Position numbers and translations under genes: made by a program
Shown: positions 21,592 through 34,400 of the stretch, in pieces
How the letters are laid out: each line of letters starts with the position of its first letter
How positions within the stretch are numbered: the first letter of the stretch is position 1
DNA from: an uncultured Chloroflexia bacterium
Lineage (GTDB): Bacteria > Chloroflexota > Chloroflexia > QHBQ01 > JADMIH01
Assembly: GCA_963797095.1 (NCBI GenBank)
Contig: CAWCNY010000003.1
Coordinates: forward strand, 32,001 to 96,000
Length of the DNA: 64,000 nucleotides
Direction of reading: 5' to 3'
Notes under the pieces: model-generated
Told to the model about the DNA's origin: nothing
Database searches by the model: none
Seen by the model: only the letters and a program-made list of their open reading frames with translations

Positions 21592-23119
21592 AAGGTGGAT
21601 TAGGTCTCCTTATCCAGGGGCGAGGTTACTTAATCGAATCACACCGGCGCCTGTTGCACAGTGCAACGCGCTAAAGCTTCTTTGTTATCAAGCGTCATCG
21701 GATGAGTCTATATAGGCGACCACTTGGTATTCACCAAGTCCCCTGTAAACGCCTTGGGTAGCAACGCTAAGATTAGACATTCTGGTTGCTGTTCTACGTT
21801 CCAATGCTATTCCTCAAAATGTGCTGTTGCTGAAACCTCGGTCTCGCGATCACGGCAGGACGAAAGTCGCGCTTGGGAACTCTTGCGGCTCCAGCCGCCC
21901 TGAGGCCCCTTACCGACTTTGATGTTGCGGCGAATGAAGTAGCCTTCGTACCTCGTACCATTCCGCGATCAGTTGTTCCAGATGATTCGCCGCCATCCCG
22001 TCTCCCTCTGGCCGCCTGCAACCGTGTGCACCCCAACGGCCTAGAGCGGCTCCAACTTGGCCGCCTTTGCCATCAGCCGCCTCTTCCCCGCCGTCTTGAA
22101 CAGCACTGTCACAATCTGGTCCTGACCACTCGGCGCGACCTCCAGCACTTGGCCCTCGCCGAAAGTGGTATGCTTCACGCGATCCCCAACTCTGAAGTTG
22201 GCGGACATGGTCGGCTCGACAAAGCTCTGTTGCTGCGGCCTCGACGGGGTGGCGCCGAAGACCGGCCCGGAATTGGCGGTGGGCACTGGCGTCATCTGGC
22301 CGTCAGCGAGACGTGACGCCGACGCAAGGTGTTCACCGGCTGGCATAGCCGCTACCGGTCGTACGGTGGTTGTCGGCGGTGAAGCTGCCGCGCTGTGGGC
22401 AACTACTGCCGCTGGCTTTGCAGGCTCTGGCGTGGGTGCCTTGGCAGTGACTTGCGCCGGTGGGGACAACTTTGCCCCCATGGCAGGTTGAGGGTCCACC
22501 AGAGTCTGGTAGGCTTGGCCAGTGTCGATGGCCTGCTGCATGGCGTCATATATCTCCAGGATGACGCGCTTGGTGCGATACTCGCCATGCGCTGCTTCGT
22601 CCTTGCGCTTGACGATGGGGAAGGTCTCCATGATGTAGGCCACGTCATCGCGAGCGATACCGTAGAGGTGGAAGTAGGCGGCATCAAGCTCGCAGCGCAG
22701 CAGGAAGCGGCGCTCCTCGTCCCAATGGAAAGGCGGGCCGTCGTAGCCGCAATCTTTGGCGAACGGCTCTAGGTCGTAGGCGGTGTAGGTTAGCTCCAGC
22801 ACGCGGGGCAGTATCCAGTCGCGCAGCGTTTGGACGGGTTGCCAGAGGGCTGGCTGGAGGTAGTTTTCGGGCAGGAGGACCGGGAGTTGATTCAGGTAGC
22901 CGTAGGTGAGGTGCGTACCTCCTACTTTTTGCCGAGTTGCATAATCAAATGCAAATGCGGTCAGATTAGCCTGTAGATTTGCTGCTGAGAACTGAGTCGT
23001 TTGAGGGAGCAGCATGAGTGGGCAGGTGTGACCCACCGCTACCCTGGACGGGTGCATTTCAGATAGGGGGCAAGGTTTGAGATAATAGGAGGATCTTGCG
23101 CGTAGCATGGAGGCTCCTG

Positions 23120-24602
23120 ATGAAACGTACCCGAGAACAGATGAAGGCAGAGCTTATGGCACAGGCAGAGCAAGCAATTGAACAACTGATTGGCTGGTCA
23201 GCCGACACCCCCCAACCCACACTAGCTCAGATCGAGGAGGCGGTAGTGAAGCTGCGCAGGCAACTGAGTGAGCAGATGGCACAGGCGGTGCTGGCACAGC
23301 AAGAGGTCTCCACTCAGAATGTACCTGGCCCACCTTGTCCTGAGTGTGGGAGGGAGATGCGCTACAAGGGAGAGAAGGCTCACCCTGTGGAAAGCAGGAT
23401 AGGCACCATCAAAGTACAACGCTCCTACTACTATTGCTCCTACTGCCGTAAGGGGCTTTTCCCCCCTGGATGAGCAGTTGCACTTGTGGGACGTGCATTG
23501 GAGCGAATGGATAATCAAGCAGTCAGTATGGCTGGGAGGATTGGTGGACTTCGAGAGAGGGGCACAAATACTTGAGCAGATAGGAGGTGTGTCCATCTCC
23601 GACAGCACTGTTTGGAGGCTGTGCCAGGAGTGGGGTAGTAGCTTTGGAGAGGTGGAGGCTGCACGGTGGGTGGCAGCCAACTCCGCCAACGATGTACATA
23701 TACAGGTACAGGTCGAGAGGGAAGGTTCTAAGGCAGAAGGTTCCAACGCATTTGCGCCTGGGGTGCCTGGGGTGCCTGGGGTGCCTGGGGTGCCTGGGGT
23801 GCCTGGGCAATTCACAAAGATGGGTGCGAGTATGGATGGCGCTATGATCCATATTCGTGAGGAAGGTTGGAAAGAGTTGAAGGTGGGCTGCGTGTTCGAC
23901 ATTGAAGCTATGGAGATGGAGGCTGATAAAACGGAGCCTGCATTGGCCACTGAGTTTGAGGAGGAAGGAAGCGAAGATAGTCGTGCCCGTGCTACTAACC
24001 AAAGCTATGTAGCCCATCTAGGCGGACCCACCGTTTTCGGACAGATGCTATGGGGAGAGGCACACCACAGAGGGTGGGAGAGGGCTGATCACACGCTGGT
24101 AGTAGCAGACGGTGCCGCCTGGATTTGGAACCTAGCTGAGGAGCATTTGTATGACAGTGCTCAACTGGTGGACTGGTATCATGGAGCGCAGCACCTGGCC
24201 TCAGCATCTTTAGCAGCACACGAAGGCGATGCGGGCGCCTCCAAACAATGGCTAGAGGCACAGAAAAAGCTGCTATTTGAGGGTGGAGCAGGCTACTTGG
24301 CAGAGGTGCTAGCTGACTTGGCAGAGCGGCAACCAAAACAAGCTGAACAGCTAAAGGAGGAAGCGGGTTACTTCAGCAACAACGCACATCGTATGAACTA
24401 CTCCCAGATGCGCGAAGCGGGCTATCCGATTGGGTCAGGCACGGTGGAGAGCGCAGGCAAGCAGTTCAAGGCTCGCTTCGCCGGAGCAGGTATGCGTTGG
24501 AGCCGCCTGGGTGCCGAAAAGCTGTTGCCCGTGCGGACGGCAATCCTCAGTTCACGCTTCGATCAGTGCTGGCACCTGGTCTACAACTCGCCCCCTATCT
24601 GA
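23120..24602 (+). CDS. ISKra4-family transposase in two frames (+1 shift at TTTTCCCCCC near 23460)
   Basis: ORF1 has a CxxC...RxYYYCxxC Zn ribbon. The joined sequence reads FPLDE. Motifs MDG, ADGAAWIW, DWYH, IGSGTVES. Confidence 0.85.
23756..23807 (+). repeat. 9-bp tandem repeat GCCTGGGGT x5.8 (PGV repeats) in the transposase
   Basis: Directly visible and in frame. Confidence 0.95.
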
Positions 24603-27600
24603 AATGCACCCACCCTGGACAGCACGCTGGCTACAACTGTGCGCTCGTTGGTGGTATTGGTAATGTCGCGCCACCCGAGCAACCAACCTCTGTCCCACCT
24701 ACCCACCAGGCGAGCGTCTACCTCAGACTTAGGCACCCAGTACCGAGGCAGAACTACACAGTTGGGGTCGGCCAGTTCGGCGGAAGTCATATCACGAGTA
24801 TCCATCCCACTGTAGGTGGCCCAGCGATGGGTGAAGTGGTGAATCATCTTGGCTTCGTAGAGTGGCAAGTACTCCTGACCGGCCCTGCGAAAGATGTTAC
24901 CCTCTAACCCCCAGCCATCGGGTTCCAACTGCTCCCTCGTACGGAAAAGGCCACTTGCCGTATTCATCATGAACATAAGCAATCCTTGGAAGCCCCAAGG
25001 ATTGCCTTTTTCGCCTTTCGCCTCATTCACAAATACTGGCACTCGCCGATAGATTGCCTTCGTCAACTCAGCGTCCCGCTTGGAACGAAAGATCGCGCAT
25101 GTTCGCGTGTTGGGGTTAAGCAGGGCTATATCCTCAGCTGAGAGAGTGAACCGCCGTTGCTCTTCAGACAGATGCTGGACGTTCAGCGCAAAGAAGACGA
25201 ACTCAGCGCCGTTCACGGGTGCTCGACCCGAACCCGACATAGTGAGAAGACAGAATTTGTAACTGCGGTGAACACCAGGGAAGATTCCCTCACGGTTCTC
25301 AAAGTCGTAAAGACTGATGAGCGAGCGTGTGTCTATCAAGTTTTGAAAGAAGTACTGGTTGAAGGAGTCAGTTGCGATGCCACTAGGAGCGATAATACCA
25401 ATCTGCCCCTTAGGTGCAATTACCAAACGGTTCAACTCACAGAACAGGGGTGCCGTGTTCAATCGACCATAACTTGTCAGTGGATAACGCCCGCTATCGT
25501 GGATGAAATGCTGTATCCCCTCCATTTGACGAAGTTCTTCCGTATAATTGTGGTGCAGATGAGGATCTGATTCCTCAAGCTTGGCTATAGCCTTCTCACG
25601 TGCTGCCATGTGTTGAGCATTTGCGATAGCCGGCGCGCTGGAGGCAAAGAACTCCTGAGGATCAAGTTGTATCTGCTCCCATGGTGGGTTGCCCAGCATC
25701 ACGTCAAAGCCACCGACCCACCCTGCCTGCTCGTTGCTTGGTCCTTCTTCCCTGGCGACCGGGCGGAAGACGGTCGGAAACTGCAGGTGCCAGTGGAAGA
25801 AGCCATATTGCTGGTCTAAGCGCTCGATCTCCTCTTTGCGCCAGCCAGGTATCGCGTATGTGCCCTTCGCCCGTATGCGCCGGAACTCATCCTGGGTGAC
25901 TGGGTAGGAATCCTTTGTTTTCTTCCACACGAAGGCCGCGCACCAGGCGTTCGCCAGCAGGGCCATGTGCTCGTAGGCCGCCGAGTTGACCAGGTCTTCG
26001 TACAGCTTCTGCTTGCGGTGGATGTCGTCCGTGGTGTCGTCGGAATAGCTCTCGATATCGAGCATGGCCGCGCCCAAGTCGCCGAGCTGCTCGAAAGGCT
26101 CCTCCATATCGAAGCCCAGCAGCCTCTGCTGGCCGGTGCGCTCTTGCTTGTTCTTCTTCTTGTATTCCGAGCAAACCGCCTTGTCGTCGCCCTCTATCGG
26201 CTCGAAAGCTTCGTCGGGTATGCCCTCCTTCAGCAGGCGCGGAGTAGCGCCCAGCAGCGAGTTGCCGTGCTGGATGTGGTGGTCCAAAAAGGAGAGGGGC
26301 TTGCCAGGCTCCAGCGCCTCCATCCAGAGCGACACTTTGCATAGCTCCACTGCCATTGGGTTGAGGTCCACCCCAAAGATACAGCGCCCGATCACATCGC
26401 GAAGGGCCTTGCGGGTTGCCTCCGGCGAAGGCTCCTCGTCGCCCGTGCGTACAGCCCCCAGCCGCTTGGCGATGCGGTGGGCGGCGGCTATCAGGAAGTG
26501 ACCGCTGCCGCAGGCGGGGTCACACACTTTCAGGTCAAGGATGGCCTGCTCTGGGTTGGGTTTGCGGGCGGCCTCGTCCAGCACTGGGTCCAGCGCCGAG
26601 TCGAGCAGCGAAGTGATCAGGCTGGTGGGCGTGTAGTACGAGCCTGTCGTCTTGCGCTCGCTGCCGCTCACCGTCTTCAGTGAGAAGGTGCCGGCGTCAG
26701 CGTTCAGGTCGGGCTGCTGTTCCAGCAAGCTCTCATAGACGCTGCCCAGCTCCTCCGAGCCGATATTGCGGTAGTCCACGGGGCGCAGGGTGTTGGCGTC
26801 CACCGTGTAGGCAAGCTCGCGCACCGCCCCCAGCAGGTCGCCGTTGACTAGCTCACACCCCTCAAGGTCGGGCATCGCGCCGCTGCCGCCGTTGAGAAAG
26901 AGGAAGCTGTCGAGGGCAGGCAGGGCGAGGGCCGGGCAGCCGCTGTCGCTGCCTAACTGCTCCATCACCAGTCGCAAACCCTGGAAGAGGTCTGCATGGC
27001 GGGTACCTCGCCGGCGCGCCGCCAGGTTGCGCAGCCGGATGGTGGAGTAATAATCCATGTACCGCTTGCGGGCTTCGACCGAGGCCTTCGGGTCGAGCAG
27101 AAGCCCCCGGTCCTCCGCCGCGAACAGGAAGATCAGCCGGTAGACGAGACGCAACAACTGACGGTAATAGTCCTGGGCGCTCAAGTCGCCTGCTCGCAGC
27201 TTCTCGCGCAAGGGGCGGTTGGCCTGGTGCGAAAGAAAGCCACTTCCCAACGCATTTATGGCCGCCTCTACCCCGCTACGCAGTTGATCGAGAGCGCGCG
27301 TGCCCTTTTCCTGGGCCTCCTTCGACCACTTCTCGAGCCAACAGTCGGAAGTATATTCGCCCTCCACCCGCAACTCGTGGCACAACAGCCACAGCAGCAC
27401 GAAGTCCGAGTAGACCTCCCCATCCATCATCGATTGGAGGTCGAATTCCACGTATGCCTGGCGGGTGAGGCTCTTGTTGTCGCGCAGTATGCGCAACTGC
27501 CTGCCGTTCGACACAAATGCCCACAGGTGCTCTTCAGAGGCGTTCAGAAGCTCTTGCACCATGCTGTGAGGGCTAGAGCGCGCCGCGCCAGCTACACCCG

Positions 27601-28063
27601 CCGTACGCCTATCCAGGTCGATTCCCGCGCTCACAAGGTGAATAGGAACGTGACCCCAGGTATGCGACACAGGGTAACTCTTGCCGCCTACCTCTACTGC
27701 CCGGGCGGTTGGGAGGCGCCCGTAGCCAAGTTCCTGAAAGAGAGGGAGCAACCACTTCTCGCGTGTCTCGGATGTGCCTGGGTCGTCACTATGACGCTCG
27801 GCTATCGCCTTGAAGCTGGCCCATGCACCAAGCAGGTGGTTCCACGAGCGGTTGGTAGCCTCGTTTAGCTTCTCACCCCTTGGCAGGTGATAATCTTCGG
27901 GCCGGAGCCCGTCCAGGGATGGGTCACCGTCGCCGATCCGCTGCAACAGGTCGGCCGGCAGGATTGAGCCTTCAGTGTGGATAGTGGTGAAGATGTCCCT
28001 CTGTTTGGTCTGCATTACGTCAGGTCTCCGCTTCCAACGTTTAGTCGCAATTTGACAATTAAG

Positions 28064-28577
28064 TCAATTCAGATCAGATGTCAGATAGCTGAGGAGCGTG
28101 CTCCAGCTTCGCACCTTTTCAGGATAAGGTTTTACATACCGGCCCGGCGTGCCACTAGTCGACGACAGTTGAAATCACGTCAATATCTGCAGGCAGCTTG
28201 TATGTGATCAAGCTAGCGAACAAATCTGCTGCGGTAGATCCGTTCAGCGCTATGCACTTGATGCGCTGATGCTGCAAAAGGAACTCCTTGAGGTCATTAG
28301 GTTTGGCATTCCGTATGGCAAAATCCGAACTTTCAACTCGCTCACATTCACTGAGAACATCCCACAACGCGATACCCTTCTGCTGCAAGTAGCTGATACG
28401 CTGCTTATAACTGGCCTCCGGGTCGCTGTCAAAGACGCCGTAGACGATCCGCCAGAATTGGTTACGAGGATTGGCATAGTATTGCCGAAGCCGCAAGGAC
28501 TCGTCACCAGGCATCGTTCCCAACACCAGAACCTGAGATTGGTCGTCCACAACCGGATCCAGTGACCTGATCAACAC
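28064..28577 (-). pseudogene. DNA-deoxyinosine (hypoxanthine) glycosylase, UDG superfamily, frameshifted near 28173
   Basis: LGTMPG..SL...QYYANPRNQFW, IALNG. The conserved tail LSSTSGTPGRYVKPYPEKVRSW is in the +1 frame and ends at 28064. Confidence 0.8.
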
Positions 28578-28612
28578 TAATCTCGCTCCTCTACCTTCTT
28601 TCTTCTTTCGCG

Positions 28613-31456
28613 CTATGCCTTCGGCAAGTAAACGTAGATCCCCAGTACGTCGGGAGGGAGTTGCGGCTCAACCCTGTAGCTTATCCCCTTCATGCGAGAC
28701 GCCGTACGCACTCGGCGATGGGCTTCCAGCAGTTCCTCCCCCCGCTCGATGGCTACTTGATCCAGACGGGGGCGCAACTCGTCAAAGCTAGCCATGACCT
28801 CACCTAGGAAATGGCTGGCGACGCCCGCGGGGACGTTGGCGTCGGGCTGCAGGTGTAATAATTCCTCTGCCCTCTTACCGTCTAGCCAGTTAGCACTCTG
28901 CGGAACATCCTCGAACGCCACTAGCTGGCAGTCCTCGGCAAGCAACGGCGTCTCTTCCGCGCCTCGCTGTGAAATGATGTGATACCGGAACCTGAGCAAT
29001 AAGAGCGTTGTGATCGTCGATACTTTGTGGGTCCGCATTACTCCACATCGTCGAGCCAGGCTCTCTCCAAGAGGATCGAGGGCTGTATCCATCACATAGG
29101 ATGCGAGGCCTTCTACTATAGGGTGCGTACGGCTCAGATATAGCTCTTGCTCCCCGACTGGAAGCTCGAAGCGAGCGGCGAACTTGGTGCCTTTCCCCCT
29201 CTCGATCCAGCGCGTGACGTCCATGGCGTCGCGCAGAGCAACCGGCACCTCGGTCAGATCAAAGTGGACCGACCCGTTCTGGCTGATGACAGCGCCTTGC
29301 GCGGCCAACGTCTCCTTGGTGAAGTTGGCGACATCTACACCCGAACCTATGGCAGCACGCACGTCTCGCAACTCGGCGGCTACCTCGTCCACCTTAATAC
29401 CTTCCTGGGCATACATAGTGTGCGAGCGCTTCTCACGCTCCTCGGCGGCATCCCATTGGGCCAGGATCTCTTTCTCCTGAGGTCGCAACAGGTCCTCGAA
29501 GCCTGGCATGTACATCTGGGTACTGCCCGTTTTTTCTCTCAGGAGTAGGCCTTCAAAGACTGCTTCCAGCACCTGGTCAGTATCAACTGGCACGGGCACA
29601 GAGATACCGAGCGAGCTTCGGATCATCTTGTGCTTGCGGATCAGGATTTCTAGGACAATGCCGTCTATCTGGTTATCGAGCCCATAGTAGGTAACCACAC
29701 GCACTGTGGGGCTCTTCTGGCCGTAGCGGTCCACTCGCCCTTCGCGTTGCTCGTGGCGGGTGGGATTCCACGCCAGGTCAAAATGCACAACAGCATCAAA
29801 GTGCTGCTGCAGGTTGATGCCCTCTGACAGACAGTCGGTACACACGAGAACGTGTTTGGGTGCCTCGGCGAGCTGCGCCACGCGCGCTTCTCGCTCGGCA
29901 GGCGGCAGTGTGCCGGTAACGGGGGCCACTTGCACATCCTTCGGCAGCCGCGCACGTAGTTCGGCGGCGACGTACTCTGCGGTCGGGATAAACCGGCAGA
30001 AGATAATCGGACGGTATCCTTCTTTCAGGAGCGATTGCACTATACCAACCGCTTTCTGCAGCTTGGCATCTTTCTCACCAATCAGAGCGTCGGCCTCACG
30101 AGCCATCTCAAGCAGCCGGCGACGGTTCTGTCCACCTACGCTCTCTTCTTCCCCCATGTCGCTGCCGGGCGTGAGGTCCATACCCTCAGCGGACTCTGCG
30201 TCCATCAGGTCGAGCACCGTACGACGCCCTATCTCGTCGGCCTCTTCAACTGTGTCGGTGTCTGCCGTGGAAGCTCGGCTGCGCAAGGTGGCGGCTGCAG
30301 CGGCTGGGCTGGACGCCAGCGAACGCAGGAGGGCTAGCGCTGACCACCAGCGTACCCGCTGCCGGTGTCTGCCCAGAGTGGTGTCCGCCACCGTTTCGCG
30401 GGCATAGCGTAGCACCTTTTCGAAGAGCCGCTTGTACTCTTCGGAGAGCTTGTAGCTAAGCTCCGTCTCCTCCCGCGCTGGGAAAGGAGTGATAGTATCC
30501 AGGTAGGCTTTGATGTCTCGTCGACGGCGCTGCACGAAGTGAGCGGCCAACTGACGGCGGTGGTGCTCGTTTTGAGGGCCGGAAAGGTCTTCGGGCAGAC
30601 CGGCGAAGTCGGGGTCCAGTAGGGTCAGGAGGGAACGGAAAGCCTCCTCGTTGCCACTGTGAGGGGTGGCTGTCACCAGGATCATATGCCGGTCCTTGTT
30701 GTGCGAAAGGCCTGATACAAGCTGATGGCGCTGGTGACGCCCGCCACCGCGCGCCTCTCCGCCAAAGGCGCAAGTATGGGCCTCATCAACGATCACAAGC
30801 TCTGGGCAAGTGCGTAGGAACTCCTCGCGGCGTCGGTCTGACTTGATGAAGTCGGTAGAGACGATCACGTAGGGGTACAGATCAAACAGCGACTGCCCAA
30901 GGCGGGTATTGCGCTCCAGCCTCGTGACGGTGCTTGGCAAAACGAGTTCAGCATCTATATGGAACTTATCGCGCAACTCCGCCTGCCACTGCTCGGCAAG
31001 CTGGGGCGGGCACAGTACCGCGAGCCGATCCACTTCCCCACGGTCGATAAGCTCTCTGGCTACAAGCCCGGCCTCCACGGTCTTGCCAATGCCGACATCG
31101 TCAGCAATGAGCAACCGAATTGGGTCCAGCTTCAGGGCCATGAGGAGCGGCACAAGCTGGTAGGGACGCGGCTCAACGCCTATTCGTGCGAACGATCGGA
31201 ACGGCCCAGCTGAGGACCGAAAGCCCAGCCGTACCGCATCGCGCAGCAGCCTGCTCGAGCGGTAGTCGCCCGGTTTCTGAGGGTCGGGGAGATCGAAGCG
31301 AGCAGGTTCCACCTTTTCTAGAGGCAAGTAGATGCCTGTTACCTCGTCATCGGTCCCACCTAGCGGACGAAGTACCAGCAGGTCATCTTCAGATTCTGGA
31401 AGGACTACCCATTCCCGCCCGCGTGCACGCACCAAGGAACCGACTGCGTAGCTCAT
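28613..31456 (-). CDS. SNF2-family helicase (DrmD-like)
   Basis: PRPYQ, LIADDVGIGKT, VDEAH, TATPH, SEGINLQ, QREGRVDR. Confidence 0.92.
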   Translation of the reverse strand: MSYAVGSLVRARGREWVVLPESEDDLLVLRPLGGTDDEVTGIYLPLEKVEPARFDLPDPQKPGDYRSSRLLRDAVRLGFRSSAGPFRSFARIGVEPRPYQLVPLLMALKLDPIRLLIADDVGIGKTVEAGLVARELIDRGEVDRLAVLCPPQLAEQWQAELRDKFHIDAELVLPSTVTRLERNTRLGQSLFDLYPYVIVSTDFIKSDRRREEFLRTCPELVIVDEAHTCAFGGEARGGGRHQRHQLVSGLSHNKDRHMILVTATPHSGNEEAFRSLLTLLDPDFAGLPEDLSGPQNEHHRRQLAAHFVQRRRRDIKAYLDTITPFPAREETELSYKLSEEYKRLFEKVLRYARETVADTTLGRHRQRVRWWSALALLRSLASSPAAAAATLRSRASTADTDTVEEADEIGRRTVLDLMDAESAEGMDLTPGSDMGEEESVGGQNRRRLLEMAREADALIGEKDAKLQKAVGIVQSLLKEGYRPIIFCRFIPTAEYVAAELRARLPKDVQVAPVTGTLPPAEREARVAQLAEAPKHVLVCTDCLSEGINLQQHFDAVVHFDLAWNPTRHEQREGRVDRYGQKSPTVRVVTYYGLDNQIDGIVLEILIRKHKMIRSSLGISVPVPVDTDQVLEAVFEGLLLREKTGSTQMYMPGFEDLLRPQEKEILAQWDAAEEREKRSHTMYAQEGIKVDEVAAELRDVRAAIGSGVDVANFTKETLAAQGAVISQNGSVHFDLTEVPVALRDAMDVTRWIERGKGTKFAARFELPVGEQELYLSRTHPIVEGLASYVMDTALDPLGESLARRCGVMRTHKVSTITTLLLLRFRYHIISQRGAEETPLLAEDCQLVAFEDVPQSANWLDGKRAEELLHLQPDANVPAGVASHFLGEVMASFDELRPRLDQVAIERGEELLEAHRRVRTASRMKGISYRVEPQLPPDVLGIYVYLPKA

Positions 31457-31481
31457 GGTTTATCGACCCTCTCTACACTCT

Positions 31482-34400
31482 TTACAGCTTGCCGAAAATG
31501 TCAGGGTGCTTGGCCAGCACGGCGTCCCAGTCTTCGTTGTGTCCGAACCGTATAACCAGGTAACCTTTAGCCAGCATCTGCGCTCCCTGGGTGCGATCAC
31601 GCTCCTGGCGGTGCGGATAGTCGTGGATAGGGCCATCGATATAGATGGCGGTCTGCTCATCGTTATAGAAGAAGTCGGGTCGCGTGCCGCAAGCCTCAAT
31701 AAGCGTTTGCCCACTAGTTGGCAGCCGCAGGTTACGCTCTTCTATGTAGCGCAGCCACTTCTTCTCCAACTCAGAACCGGCTATTCGCATCAACTCCTCG
31801 ATATGCTCCTGCTTCGATTTGTGGGCGGGAGCCGCGTCAACGCTCGAGCGCGCCCACTGCATGAGTACGTCTCGTATGCCTTTGCGATCTAGCAGCCTGT
31901 GATCGCGCTGGTTACCGTAGCTCATCAAGCAGTCGTAGCAGGCAGCCTCGCAGTCTTCCTTGGCACGTGGCGCGTGGTGCAGGTCCTCTCCGGTGTCCGG
32001 GTTGAAATGGCATAACTCAAGCGCCTTGCGGGCCATCTCGGCAAAGGCATCCGGGTCGTCCAGGAGCCGCTTGAGCACTCCAGCTCCACCCTCAGCCGAT
32101 TTATAGATCAGGATGATACGTCGATCGTCAGAGCTGGGAAGGGGCTCAGTTGCCAGCTCGTTATCTTCGAGCTGGTAGAGCACCTGTATCGCGCTCTTGA
32201 CGGCCGCTTGCAAAGAAGCCATCAAAGCCGCATCGACGTCCCCTGTTGGCTGTATTAGAAGACAGTTGCGGCGATCTTCAACATATGGGATAACGCGAGC
32301 CTTGGACGGCGACATCGGGTCAGACTGGTCGGCTTCCTCAAGGGCCTCGTTTCGTGCCCAGTAGCCTCTCTCCAAATCCAGTTGGAAACCATACTGCCCC
32401 CGATCACGCCGTCGGGCCCACCCAAGGTTGATGCGCCAGATGGTAGCGGTATGGCCATAGGTGAGAAGCGCCAGCGGATCGCTGCCACCGCTGCCGCCAC
32501 TTCCGCTCTTGTTGTCGGCGCTTCCAACGTCCGTACCAGCCTGAAGGTCGACAGAGGCCGTTTGCATAGAAGGCTGCCCCTCGTGCTCGCCGAAGCGCAC
32601 ACCCGAGATGATTTCGTAGCCCATGCGTTGGCGTTCTTCCTCGTCGGAGCTAATCTTGTCACGCCGCTTTGTAGACACGTTTTGCAGACGGAATAGCTTG
32701 CGTAACGGGTCGCCCAATGGTGCATGACAGTTTTCGCACAGATCAGGCCCGACCCCGTCGGTGATCGGATGCAGATAGCCGCATCGTTCGCAGCGCTTGG
32801 CCTCCAGCATGGCCACATTATTCTGCTCGAGGGCGCCGTCCTCATTGCTGTCACCAACCGGTAAGATCACTTTGTTGATCAGGTAGCGCGAGCCCTCGTG
32901 GTAGATGATGGCCCGCGGCCCGAACTCGGAGACGGCCAGGAAGCGGGGTCGGGACAGGAACTCATCTCGTTGCTTTACCCGGCGCGCCGGAATGAAGGCT
33001 GATATAGGCAGACGGGGGAAGCTGTAGCCTGGCAGGAAACCCTCTGAAGCGAAATACCGGTATGAGTAGAAGTCGGACTGCACCACGTTATCAACTTCGG
33101 TAAGGAGATCGATCTGCGATTCCGCTTCGCGGCGCAACCTCTTCGCCTGGTTCTTATCCTCCGAGCTGCGCGAGGCATCCAGTACGATACGCTGCTGCAT
33201 CTGAGATTGCTTGAGGGCCGCCCGATAGAGGCTGCGCCAGCGCTCAATCGTCTGGTCAAACTGCCGGGCCACCTGGGCGAGCACCTTGTCGAGCCAACCT
33301 TCGCTATACCACTCAGCCGAGAGGAGATCTTCGCCCAGGGAGGTGAGCACCCGTTCGGCACGGGCACGTGCCTGGCGGCGGAACTGCTCGTTGTTGATCG
33401 TATCTTGCACCTCAGGCTGCAGTTCAAGGGTCGGTTGGTCTCCAGAGATGTCGAGGATATCTTTGAGCGACTTCCCAAGGCTCTGGCGGCTCTCGGCGAG
33501 CCAGATTGCATGTATGTGAGAGCGTACCAAGTCCTCATTGGCTAGGTCCAGTCTGGGCGGGGTGACAGCCCCGGCTACCATCTGCTCCGGGCGCTTGAAG
33601 AAATACTGGTCGTGCGGGCTGCCGGTAGTGCAATATGAAAAGACGAGAGCTGGCTGGCCGCTTCTACCTGCACGCCCCGAGCGCTGAGCGTAGTTAGCCG
33701 GCGTTGGCGGCACGTTTCGCATGTTCACCATGTTGAGCTCGGAAATATCTACTCCCAACTCCATCGTAGGCGAGCAATAGAGCACCGGCAGCTTGCCCTC
33801 ACGAAACTCCTCTTCCCTCTCCTCACGCAGTTCGTAGGGCACCTGGGCAGTGTGCTCGCGTGCTCGAAAGCCCTGTAGCTCATCGGCCGCTTGCTTGTAG
33901 AAGTCGACGAAGAACTGGTTTGTTCGACCTCCTCGTATGGTGCTGTTCGCTCCCCGACTTCGGCCTGAACTACCTGAAGCACTGGGCACTCGGATCGGGT
34001 CGTGGAAGGCCCTCGTGCCATCGCCTGCTTGCCACAGCATGGCGGAGGCAGGCACCTGGTAGCCTGGCACATCCTTGCCTGTGCCGTTGCCGTTGCCGTT
34101 GCTTTTGGCGTGGCTCTTACCTTTGCCGCTCTGAGCTTCGCGCACTACTTCCACGAGGCCTGCCACCCGGAGGCCCTCGAGCAGGTCGCAAATCACTTGC
34201 TGGCTATCCTCAACGCTCAGTCTTTCGCCGCCTGGGAAGGTGGTGCGCCGCCGCAGATACTGACCGTATCCGCCTCTGGCCGACAAATACACGTCGCCGC
34301 CGAAATCGCCGGGACGGCTCGGCCGCGGGTAGAGCACGCTTGAGTGTTCCATCTTCTCATTCTCGTCGATGGCCCAGGGGTCTATGAGGCGCTGGCTGCT

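Larger units (their letters stand above)
23050..24611 (+). mobile_element. ISKra4-family insertion sequence
   Basis: 21-bp perfect IR GGGTGCATTTCAGATAGGGGG and a 9-bp TSD ACCCTGGAC (23041-23049 and 24612-24620). Confidence 0.93.
22041..28015 (-). pseudogene. Eco57I/DrmMI-like N6-adenine DNA methyltransferase (1467 aa when rejoined), interrupted by an IS; C-terminal Tudor-like domain
   Basis: GSYYTP, motif I DPACGSGHF, motif IV NPPW. Removing the IS and one TSD copy gives an in-frame VLSRV-AVGHTC junction (4404 nt in total). Confidence 0.92.

Noticed and set aside
22041-23108. Independent 355-aa gene
   Set aside because: Its start lies inside the IS. It is the 3' part of the interrupted MTase.
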